A stretch of 64,000 bases of DNA from the human T2T-CHM13v2.0 reference genome, Homo sapiens, in NCBI GenBank assembly GCA_009914755.4, contig CP068257.2:8256001-8320000 (forward strand), given 5' to 3'. Position numbers and translations under genes: made by a program. Under the pieces are notes generated by a model, which did no database searches, was not told where the DNA came from, and was given only the letters and a program-made list of their open reading frames with translations. Of the stretch, positions 24,489-36,500 are shown piece by piece. Each line of letters opens with the position of its first letter. The stretch's first letter is position 1.

Positions 24489-27400
24489 ATTTGCCAGTTT
24501 GCTTCTGTGTAGTTATTATGTGAGAATATTTCCTTTACTACCATAGGCTGCAAAGGGCTCAAAATATCCACTTGCAGATTCTACAAAAAGAGAGTTTCAA
24601 AACTGCTCAATCAAAAGATAGGTTCAACTCGGTGAGTTGTATGCACACATTCCAAAGAAGTTTCTCTAAATGCTTCTGCATAGTTTTTTTGTGAAGATAT
24701 ATCCATTTCCAACATAGTCCACAAAGTGCTCCAAATATCCACTTGCAGATTCTACAAAATGAGTGTTTCAAAACTGCTCAATCAAAAGAATGGTTCATCA
24801 TTGTGAGATGAAATCACACATCACAAAGAAGTTTCTCAGAATGCTTCTGTGTAGTTCTCATGTGAATATATTTCCTTTTCCACCATAGGCCTCAATATGA
24901 TCCAAACATCCAATTTTAGATACCACAAAAAGAGTGTTTCCAAACTGCTCAATCAAAAGAAAGGTTCAATTCTGTGAGATGAAGGCACACATGACCAAGA
25001 CGTTCCTCAGAATTCTTTTTTGTAGTTTTTATGTGAAGGTATTTCCTTTCCCACTATAGGCTGCAAAGGGCTCCAAATATCCTCCTGCGGATTCTACAAA
25101 AAGAGAGTTTCAAAACTGCTCAATCAAAAGATAGTTTCAACTCTGTGAGTTTAATGCACACTTAACAAAGTTGTTTCTCAGAATGCTTCTGTGTAGTTTT
25201 TATGTGAAGATATTCCCGTTTCCACCATAGGCCTTGAAGCACTCCAAATATCCACTTGCAGATTCTACAAAAATAAAGTTTCGAAACTGCTGAATGAAAA
25301 TAAAGGTTTAACACTGTGAGATGAATGCAAATATTGTACAGAAGTTTTTCAGAATGATTCTGTGCAGTTTTTATGTGAAGGTATTTCCTTTTCCACAATA
25401 GGAATCTAAGAGCTCCAAATATCAACTTGCAGATTCTACATAGAGAGTTTTTCAAAACTGCTCAATCAAAAGAAAAGTTCAATTCTGTGAGATGAATGCA
25501 CACATCCCAAAGAGGTTACTTGGAATGCTTCTGTGTACATTTCATGTGAAGATATTTTCTTTTCAACAATAGGCCTCAAAGCGCTCCAATTATCCACTTG
25601 CAGATTCTACAAAAAGAATGTTTCAAAACTACTAACTGAAAAGAAAGATTCATCTCTGTGAGATGAATGCACACATCACCATGAAGTTTCTCAGAATGAT
25701 TCTGTGCAGTTTTTAGTTGAAGATATTCCCATTTCCACCATAGGCCACAAATGGCCCCAAATATCCACTTGTAGATTCTACAAAAAGATAGTTTCAAAAC
25801 TGTTCAATGAAAAAATAGGTTCAACACCGTGAGTTGAATGCACACATCACAGAGAAGTTTCTCAGAAAGTTTCTGTGTAGTTTTTATGTGAAGATGTTTC
25901 CTTTTACACAATAGACCTCAAAGTGCTCCAAATATTCACTTGCAGATACTTCAAAAAGATTGTTTCAAAACTGCTCAATCAAGAGAAATGTTCATCTCTG
26001 TGAGATGAATGCACACATCACAAAGAAGTTTCTCAGAATACTTCTGTCTGTTTTTTATGTGAAGGCATTTCCTTTTCCACAACAGGCCACAAAAGGCTGT
26101 AAATGTCCACTTGCAGATACTACAAAAAGAGAGTTTCAAAATGGCTTAATCAAAAGATAGGTTCATCTCTGTGAATTGAATGCACACATCACAAAGGAGT
26201 TTCTCAGAATACTTCTGTCTAGTTTTCATGTGAAGGCATTTCCTTTTCCCCCATAGGCATCAAATGGTTCCAAACATACACCTGCAGATACTACAAAAAG
26301 AGAGCTTCAAAACTGCTCATCAAAAGATTAATTCACATCTGTGAGTTGAATGCAAACAACACAAAGAATTTTCTCAGAATGCTTCTGTGTGGTCTTAAGT
26401 TATTTCCTTTTCCACAATAGGCCTCAAAGCGTTCCAAATATGAACTTGCAGATTATCCAACAACAGTGTTTCAATACTGCTCAATCAAAAAAAAAAAGGT
26501 ACAACTCTGTGAGATGAAGGCACACATCACAAAGAAGTTTCTCAGAATGATTCTGTGTAGATTTTATGTGAAGATATTTCGTTTTCCAAAATAGGCCTCA
26601 AAGCCCTCCAAATATCCACATGCAGATTCTACAAAGTGAGTGTTTCAAAACTACTCAATCAAAAGAAAGGTTCAACTCTGTGAGTTGAATACACACATCA
26701 CAAAGAAGTTTCTCAGAATGCTTCCATGTACTTTTTACATAAAGATATTTCCTATTCCACCATAGGCATCAAAGCGCTCCAAATACCCTCTTGCAGAACC
26801 TACAAAAAGAGTGTCACAAAACTGCTCAATCAAAAGAACGTTCAACTCTTTGAGATGAAAGTAGATATCACAAAAATGTTTCTCAGAATGCTTCTGTGTA
26901 GTTTTTATGTGAAATATTTGCTTTTCCAGAGTAGGCCTCAAAGCGCTTCTAATATCCACTTGCAGATTCTGCAAAAACTGTGTTTCATAACTGTGCAACC
27001 AAAAGAAAGTTTCAACTCTGTGAGATGAAAGCACACAATGCAAAGACTCTTCTCAGAATGCTTCTGTGTAGTTTTTATGTGAAGATATTGCCTTTTGGAC
27101 AATAAGCTTCAAAGCGCTCCAAGTAACCTCTTGCAGATTCTACAAAAAGAGTGTTTCAAAACTGCTCAATCAAAAGAGAGGTTCAACTCTGTGAGATGAA
27201 TGCACACATCACAAAGAAGTTTCTCAGACTGCTCCTGTGTAGTTTTTTTTTGAAGATATTTCCGTTTCCACCATAGGCCACAAAGGACTCCAAACATCCA
27301 GTTGCATATTCTACTAAAAGAGATTCAAAACCGCTCAATCTAAAAATAAGTTGAACTCCGTGAGTTGAATGTACACATCTCAAAGAATTTTCTCAGAATG

Positions 27401-30400
27401 CTACTGTGTAGTTTTTATGTGAAGATATTTCCTTTTTCAAAACAGGCCTCAAAGACCCCAAATATCCACTTGCAGATTCTACAAAAAGTGTGTTTCAAAA
27501 CTGCTTGATCAGAAGACATCTACAATCTGTGTGATGAATGTACTCATCTCAAAGTAGTCTCTCAGAATGCTTCTGTGAAATTTTTATGTGAAGATATTTC
27601 CTTTTCCACAATAGGCCTCAAAGCGCTCCAAATATCCACTTTCAGATTCTACAAAAAGAAAGATTCAAAACTGCTCAAACAAACCCTAGGTTAAACTCTG
27701 TGTGTTGAATTCACAATTCACGAAGAAATTTATCAGAATGCTACTGTGTAGTTTTTATTTGAAGATTTTTTTTTGCACAATCTGCATCAAAGTTCTCCAA
27801 ATATCAAAAGGCAGATTCTACAAAAAGAGTGTTTCAAAACTGCTCAATCAAAAGAAAGGATTAACTCTGTGAGATGGATGCACACATCACAAAGAAGTTT
27901 CTCAGAAAGCTTCTGTGTGGTCTTTAAGTGAAGATATTTTCTTTTAAAGAGTAGGCCTCATGCGCTCCAAATATCCACTTGCAGATTCTACAAAAAGAGT
28001 GTTTCAAAACTGCTCAATCATAAAATAGGTTCAAACATGTGAGCTGAACGCACACATCACACAGAAGTTTCTCAGAATGCTTCTGTGTAGTTTTTATGTG
28101 AAGATATTTCCTTTACCACCACAAGCCTCAAAGCACTCCAAATATCCACATGCAGATTCTACAAAAAGAGTGTTTCAAAACTGCTCAATCAAAAGAAAGA
28201 TTCATCTCTGTAAGGTGAATGCACATATCACAATGTAGCTTCTGAGAAGGCTTCAGTGTACCTTTTATGTGAAGATATTTCCTTTTCCACAATGGCCTCA
28301 AACTGCTCCAAATATCCACTTGCACATTCTACAAAAAGAGTATTTCACAACTGCTCAATCATAAGATAGGTTCAACTCTGTGAGATGAATGCACACATCA
28401 CAAAGAAGTTTCTCAGAATGCTTCTGTGTAGGTTTTATTTGAAGACATTTCCTTTCCCACCACAGACCGCAAATTGCTCCAAATATCCACTTGCAGATTC
28501 TATAAAAAAAGAGATTCAAAACTGATCAATCATAAGATAGGTTCAACTCTGTGAGATGTATGCACATTTCACAAAGAAGTTTCTCTGAATTCTTCCGTAT
28601 AGTTTTTATGTGAAGATATTTCCTTTTCCACAATAGGCCTCAAAACGCCCCAAATATCCACTTTCAGATTCTACAACTAGAGTGTTTCAAATCTACTAAA
28701 TCATAAGACAGTTTCAAATCTGTGAGATGAATTCACAAATCACAAATATGTTTATCAGAATACTTCTGTGTAGTTTTCACATTAAGATATTTCATTTTCC
28801 ACAATAGGCCTCAAAGCACTCCAAATATCCACTTGCAGATTCTACAAAAAGATTGTTTCAATACTGCACAATCATAAGACAGGTTCAACTGTGTGAGATG
28901 AATGCAGACATCACAAAGAAGTTTCTCAGAATGCTTCTGTGAAGTTTTTATGTGAAGATATTTGCTTTTCCACAGTAGGCCTCAAAGCACTCCAAATATG
29001 CACTTGAAGATTCTACAAAAACAGTGTTCCAAAACTTTTGAATCATAAGATAGGTTCAACTCTGTGAGTTGAATGCACACATTGCAAAGAAATTCCTCAG
29101 AATGCTTCTGGGTAGTTTTTATTTGAAGATATTTCCTTTTCCTCCATAGGCCACAAAGGGCTCCAAATGTCCACTTGCAGATCCTACAAAAAGTGGGAAT
29201 GAAAACTGCTCAATGAAAAGATATGTTCAACTCTGTGAGTTTAATGCACATATCACCAAGTAGTTTCTCAGAATGCTTCTGTGTAATTTTTATGTGAAGA
29301 TATTACCTTTTTCACAATAGGCAACATGGGCTCCAAATACACACTTGCACTTTCTACAAAAAGAGTGTTTCAAAACTGTTCAATCATAAGATAGGTTCAA
29401 CATTGTGAGATGAAAGCACACATCACAAAGAAGTTTCTCAGAATGCTTCTGTGTAGTTCTCATGTGAAGATATTTCCTTTTCCACCATAGGCCACAAAGT
29501 GATACAAACATCCACTTGTAGATACTACAAAAAGAGTGCTTCCAAACTGCTCAATCAAAAGAAAGGATCAACTCTGTGAGATGAAGGCACACATGACCAA
29601 GACGTTCCTCAGAAATCTTTTTTGTAGTTTTTATGTGAAGGTATTTCCTATTCCACCATAGGCCGAAAAGGGCTCCAAATATCCTCTTGCAGATTCTACA
29701 AAAAGAGAGATTCAAAACTGCTCAATCAAAAGATACTTTCTACTCTGTGAGTTTAATGCACACTTAACAAAGTTGTTTCTCAGAATGCTTCTGTGTAGTT
29801 TTTATGTGAAGATATTCCCATTTCCACTATAGGCCTCGAAGCGCTCCAAATATCCACTTGCAGATTCCACAAAAATAAAGTTTCAAAACTGCTGAGTGAA
29901 AAGAAAGGTTCAACACTGTGAGATGAATGCACATATCGCAAAGAAGTTTCTCCGAATGATTCTGTGCAGTTTTTATGTGAAGATATTTCCTTTTCCACAA
30001 TAGGAATCTAAGCACTCCAAATATCAACTTGCAGATTGTACAGAAAGAGTGTTTCAAAACTGCTCAATGAAAAGAAAGGTTCAACTCTGTGAGATGAATG
30101 CACACATCACCATGAATTTTCTCAGAATGATTCTGTGCAGTTTTTATGTGAAGATATTTCCTTTTCCACAATAGGAATCTAAGCACTCCAAATATCAACT
30201 TGCAGATTGTACAGAAAGAGTGTTTCAAAACTGCTCAATGAAAAGAAAGGTTCAACTCTGTGAGATGAATGCACACATCACCATGAATTTTCTCAGAATG
30301 CTTCTGTGTAGTTTTTAGTTGAAGATATTCCCATTTCCACCATACGCTGCTAATGCCTCCAAATATCCACTTGCAGATTCTACAGAAAGAGAGTTTCAAA

Positions 30401-33400
30401 ACTGTTCAATTAAAAGACAGATTCACCTCCGTGAGTTGAATGCACACATCACAGAGAAGTTTCTCAGAAAGCTTCTGTGTAGTTTTTATGTGAAGATATT
30501 TCCTTTTACACAACAGGCCTCAAAGTGCTCCAAATATTCACTTGCAGATACTTCAAAAAGATTGTTTCAAAACTGCTCAATCAAGAGAAATGTTCATCTC
30601 TGTGAGATGAATGCACACATCACAAAGAAGTTTCTCAGAAAACTTCTTTGTGTTTTTTATGTGAAGGCATTTCCTTTTCCACAATAGGCCACAAAAGACT
30701 CCAAATATCCACTTGCAGATACTATAAAAAGAGAGTTTCAAAGTGGCTCAATCAAAAGATAGGTTCAACTCTGTGAGTTGAATCACATATCACAAAGGAG
30801 TTTCTCAGATTGCTTCTGTGTAGTTTTTATGTGAAGATATTTCCTTTTCCACAATAGGCCTCAAAGCTTTTCAAATATCCACTTGCAGATTAGAAAAAAC
30901 AGTGTTTCAAAACTGTTCAATCCAAAGTTTCAACTCTGTGAGATGAATGCACGTATCCAAAGAAGTTTCTCAGAATGATTCTGTGTAGTTTTTATGTGAA
31001 GATATTTCGTTTTCCAAAATAGGCCACAAAGCCCTCCAAATATCCACTTGCAGATTCTACAAATAGAGTGTTTCAAAACTGCTCAAGCAAAAGAAAGGTT
31101 CAACTGTGTGAGATAATTGCACACATCACAAAGAAGTTTCTCAGAATGCTTCTGTGTAGTTTTAATGTGAATATATTTGTTGTTCAACTGTTGGCCTCAA
31201 AGCGCTCCAAATATCCACTTGCATATTCTACAAATAGAGTGTTTCAAAACTACTCAATCAAAAGAAAGGTTCAACTCTGTGAGTTGAATACACACATCCA
31301 CAGAAGTTTCTCAGAATTCTTATGTGTAATTTTTATGTGAAGATATTTCCTATTCCACTGTAGGCCTCAATGCGCTCCAAATATCCTCTTGCAGATTCTA
31401 CAAAGAGAGTGTAACAAAACTGCTCAATCAAAAGAAAGTTCAGCTCCTTGAGATGAATGCACACATCGCAAATAAGTTTCTCAGAATGCTTCTGTGTAGT
31501 TTTTATGTGAAGATATTTGTTTTTCCAGAGTAGGCCTCAAAGCACTCCTAATATCCACTTGCAGATTCTGCAAAGACTGTGTTTCATAACTTCTCAATCA
31601 AAAGAAAGTTTCAAGTCGGTGAAATGAAAGCACACAACACAAAGACCCTTCTCAGAATGCTTCTGTGTAGTTTTTATGTGAAGATATTTAATTTTAGACA
31701 ATAAGCCTCAAAGCGCTCCAAATAACCACTTGCAGATTCAAAAAAAAAGAGCTTTTCAAAACTGCTCAATCCAAAGAGAGGTTCAACTCTGTGAGATGAA
31801 TGCACACATCCCAAAGAAGTTTCTCAGACTGCTTCTGTGTAGTTTTTTTTTTTAAGATATTTCCGTTTCCACAATAGGCCACAAAGGAATCCAAATATCT
31901 AGTTGCAGAATCTACAAAAAGAGAGATTCAAAACTGCTCGATCAAAAAATAGGTTCAACTCTGTGAGTTGAATGTACACATCACAAAGAATTTTCTGAGA
32001 ATGTTTCTGTGTAGTTTTTAGGTGAAGATATTTCCTTTTTCAAAACAGGCCTCAAAAGCCCCCAAATATCCACTTGCAGATTCTACAAAAAGATTGTTTC
32101 AATACTGCTCAATCATAAGGCAGTTTCAACTGTGTGAGATGAATGAAGACATAACAAAGATTTTTCTCAGAATGCTTCTGTGAAGTTTTTATGTGAAGAT
32201 ATTTGCTTTTCCACAGTAGGCCTCAAAGCCCTCTAAATATCCACTTGAAGATATTACAAAAACAGTGTTTCAAAACTGCTGAATCATAAAATAGGTTCAA
32301 CTCTGTGATTTGAATGCACACATAGCAAAGAAGTTCCTCAGAATGCTTCTGGGTAGTTTTAATTTGAAGATATTTCCTTTTCCTCCATAGGCCACAAAGG
32401 GCTCCAAATGTCCACTTGCAGATCCTGCAAAAAGAGGGAATCAAAACTGCTCAATGAAAAGATAGGTTCACCTCTGTGGGTTTAATGCACATATCACAAA
32501 GTCGTTTCTCAGAATGCTTCTGTGTAGTTTTTATATGAAGATATTTCCTTTTTCACAATAGGCTGCATGGGTTCCAAATATACACTTGCATTTTCTACAA
32601 AAAGAGTGTTTCAAAACTGCTCAATCATAAGATAGGTTGAACATTGTGAGATGAAAGCACACATCAGAAAGAAGTTTCTCAGAATGCTTCTGTGTAGTTC
32701 TCATGTGAAGATATTTCCTTTTCCACCTTAGGCTGCAAAGGGCTCCAAATATCCGCTTGCAGATTCTATAAAAAGAGAGATTCAAAACTGATCAATAATA
32801 AGATAGGTTCAACCCTGTGAGTCGTATGCACACATCAGAAAGAAGATTCTCAGAAGTCTTTTTTGTAGTTTTTATGTGAAGATATTTCCTTTTCCACAAT
32901 ATGCATCAAAGCGCTCCAAATATCCAATTGCAGATTGTACAGAAAGAGTGTTTCAAAACTGCTCAATCAAAAGAAAGTTTAAACTTTGTGAGATGAAGGA
33001 ACACCTCGCAAAGAAGTTTCTCAGAATGCCTTTGTTTTATTTTAAGATATTTCCTTTTCCTCCATAGCCCGCAAAAGGCTCCAAATATCCCCTGGCAGAT
33101 TCTGCAAAAAGAGAGATTCAAAACTGCTAAATCAAAAGATAGCTTCAACTCTTCGAATTCAATGCACACATCAGAAAGAAGTTTCTCAGAATTCTTTGGT
33201 GTAGTTTTTATATGAAGATATTTCGTTTTCCATGATAGGCTGCAAAGGGTTCAAAATACTCACTTGCAGATTCTACAAAAACAGAGATTCAAAACTGCTC
33301 AATCAAAACATACGTTCAACTCTGTGTGTTGAATGCACACATTACAGAGAAGTTTCAAAGAATGCTTCTATGTAGTTTTTATGTGAAGATATATCCTTTT

Positions 33401-33500
33401 CCACAATAAGCCACAAAGGGCTCCAAATATCCACTTGCAGATTCTACAAAAACGGTGTTTCATAAAGCCCAATCATAAGATAGGTTCAACTCTGTGAGAT
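24489..33500 (-). repeat. Divergent HOR-like tandem units. Unit 1 is ~24489-29100, 4.6 kb or 27 monomers. Unit 2 is ~29100-32340, ~3.24 kb or 19 monomers, and is missing the equivalent of ~27600-28800. Unit 3 starts at ~32340. Identity between units is ~88-93%.
   Basis: 24840-27600 is colinear with 29440-32200 at an offset of ~4600. 28830-29500 is colinear with 32070-32760 at an offset of ~3240. The monomer at ~32040-32210 is a hybrid: its first half matches the 27440 monomer and its second half matches the 28840 monomer. That is the signature of an unequal crossover inside a monomer. Confidence 0.75.
29960..30301 (-). repeat. Perfect tandem duplication of a single 171-bp monomer.
   Basis: 29960-30130 and 30131-30301 are identical by eye across the whole monomer: ..tctgtgcagtttttatgtgaagatatttccttttccacaataggaatctaagcactccaaatatcaacttgcagattgtacagaaagagtg..catcaccatgaattttctcagaatga. 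Confidence 0.9.
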
Positions 33501-36500
33501 GAATTCACATATCACAAAGAAGTTTCTCAGAATGCTTCTGTGTAGTTTTTATTTGAAGATATTTCCTTTTCCACCATAGGCTGCAAGGGGTTCCAAATAT
33601 CCACTTGCAGATTCTACAAAAAGAGAGATTTAAAACTGCTCAATCAAAAGATAGTTTCAACTCTGTGTGTTAAATGCACACATCACAAAGAAGTTTCTAA
33701 GAAAGCTTCTGTGTAGTTTTTATATGAAGATATTTCTTTTTCCACCATAGGCCTAAAAGCACTCCAAATATTCACTTGCAGATTCTACAAAAAGAGTTTT
33801 TCAAAACTGCTCAATCAATAGAATGTTCAACCCTGTGAGATTAATGCACACATCAAAAAGAAGTTTCTCAAAATGCCTCTGTGAAGTTTTCATGTGAGGA
33901 TATTTGCTTTTCCACAGTCGGCCTCAAATCACTCCAAATATCCACTTTCAGATACTACAAAAACCGTGTTTCAAATCTGCTCCATCAAAAGAAAAGTTCA
34001 ACTCTGTGAGATGAATGCACACATCACAAAGAAGTTTCTCAGAATATTTCTGTGTAGTTTTTATGTGAAGATATCTTCTTTTCTAAAGTAGGCCTCAAAG
34101 CACTCCAAATATCCACCTGCAGATTCTACAAAAACAGTATTTCAAAACTAGTCAATCAAAATAAAGTTTCAACTCTGTGTGGTGAATGCATTCATCACAA
34201 AGAAGTTACTCAGAATGCGTCCATGTAATTTTTATGTGAGGATTATGCTTTTCCACAGTAGGCCTCAAAGCACTCCAAATAACCACTTGCAGATTCTACA
34301 AAAGTGTGTTTCAAATATCCTCAATAAAAAGAAAAATTCAAATCTGTGAGATGATTGCACACATCACAAAGAAGTTTCTCAGAATGGTTGTGTGTAGTTT
34401 TTATGTGAAGATATTTCCTTTTCCGCAGAAGGTCTCAGAGCTCTCCAAATATCCACTTGCGGATACTACAAAAACAATGTTTCAAAACTGCTCATTCGAA
34501 AGAAATTTTCAACACTTTGAGATGAATGCACACATCAAAAAAGAGTTTCTCAAAATGCTTCTGTGTAGTTTTTATTGGAAGAAATTTCCTTTTCCACCAT
34601 AGGCCAGAAGGGGCTCCAAATATCCACTTGCAGATTCTACAGAAAGAGAGATTCAAAACTGCCGAATCAAAAGACAAGTTCAACTCGGTGAGTTTAATGC
34701 ACACATCACAAAGAGGTTTCTCTGAATCCTTCTGCGTAGTTTTTATATGAATATATTTTCTTTTCCACTGTAGGCCTCAAAGCGCTCCAAATATCCACTG
34801 GTGGATTCTACAAAAAGATAGATTCAAAGCTGCTCAATCAAAAGAATGGTTCAACTCTGTGGTAAGATAGATTCTACTCTGTGAGACGAATGCACAATTT
34901 ACAAAGAAGTTTCTCAGAATGCTTCTGCGTAGTTTATATTTAAAGATAACTTCTTTTCCTAAAGAGCATCAAATATCCAATTGCAGATTCTACAAAAAGA
35001 GAGACTCAAATCTGCTCAGTCAAAAGAAAGGTTCAACTTTGTGAGATGAATGCACTCATCATGAAGAAGTTTCTCAGAATGCCTCTGTGTGGTTTCTTTC
35101 TGAAGATATTTGCTTTTCCACAGTAAGCCACAGAGCACTCCAAATATCCACTAGCAGATTCCACAAAAACAGTGTTTCAAAACCGCTCAGTCAAAAGAAA
35201 GATTCAACTCTTTGAGATGAATGCACACATCACAAAGAAGTTTCTCAGAATGCTTCTATGTGGTTTTTATGTGAAGATATTACCTTTTCCACAATAGTAC
35301 TCAAAGCCCTCCAAGTATCCACTTACAGATTCTACAAAGAGAGTGTTTCAAAACTGCTCAATCATAAGATAGGATCAACTCTGTGAGATGAATGCACAAA
35401 TCACAAAGAAGTTTCTCAGAATGCTTCTGTGTAGATTTATTTGAAGATATTTCATTTTCCTCCAAAGGTCACAAAGGGCTCCACATATCCACATGCAGAT
35501 TCTACAAAAACATAGATTCAAAACTGCTCAATCAAATGATAGGTTCAAGTATGTGAGTTGAATGTTCACATCAAAAGTAGTTTGTCAGAATGCTTCTGTG
35601 TATTTTTTATGTGAAGATATTTCCTTCTCCACAATAGGCCTCAAAGCCCTCCAAATATCTACTTGCAGATTCTAGAAAAAGAGTTTTTCATAAGTGCTCA
35701 ATCAAAAGAAAGTTTCAACTCCGTGAGCACACATCACAAAGAAGTTTCTCAGAATGCTTCTGTGTAGTTTTTATGTGAAGATATATGCTTTTCTACAGTA
35801 GGCCTCAAGTATCTCCAAATATCCACTTGTAGATACTACAAAAAGAGTGTTTCAAAACTGCTCAATCGAAAGAAAGTTTCAACTCTGTGAGATGAATGCA
35901 CACATCCCAAAAAAACTTCTCAGAATGTTTCTGTGTAGTTATTACGTGAAGATATTTCCTTTTCCATAACAGGCTTCAAAGCGCTGCATATATCCTTTAG
36001 CAGATTGTACAAAAAGAGTGTTTGAAAAGTTCTCAATGATAAGATAGGTTCAACTCTGTGAGAAGAATGCACACATCACTAAGAATTTTCTCAGAATGCT
36101 TCTGCGCAGTTTTTATTTGAAGATATTTCCTTTTTCACCATAGGCAGAAAAGGGCCCCAAGTATCCACTTGCAGATTCTGCAAAAGAGATATTCAAAACA
36201 GCTCAATCAAAAGATAGGTTCAACTCTGTGAGTTGAATGCACACATCTTAAATAATTTTCTCAGAATGCTTCTGTGTAGTCTTTATTAGAAAATATTTCC
36301 TTTTCCAAAATAAGCCTCAAATCCTCCAAATATCCACCTGCAAATTTTATGAAAAGAGTGTTTCGAAACTGCTCAATGATATGATAGTTTCAGTTCTGTG
36401 AGATGAGTTCACACATCACAAAGAGGTTTCTCACAATGCTGTCATATAGAGTTTATTTCAAGATATGTCCTTTTCCACCATAGGCCAATAAGGGCTCCAA

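Noticed and set aside
25214-25224. A CENP-B box at the fragment tcccgtttcca.
   Set aside because: Only the CGGG half is present and the TTCG half reads ccatagg, so it is not a functional 17-bp box. It is reported as a partial match only.
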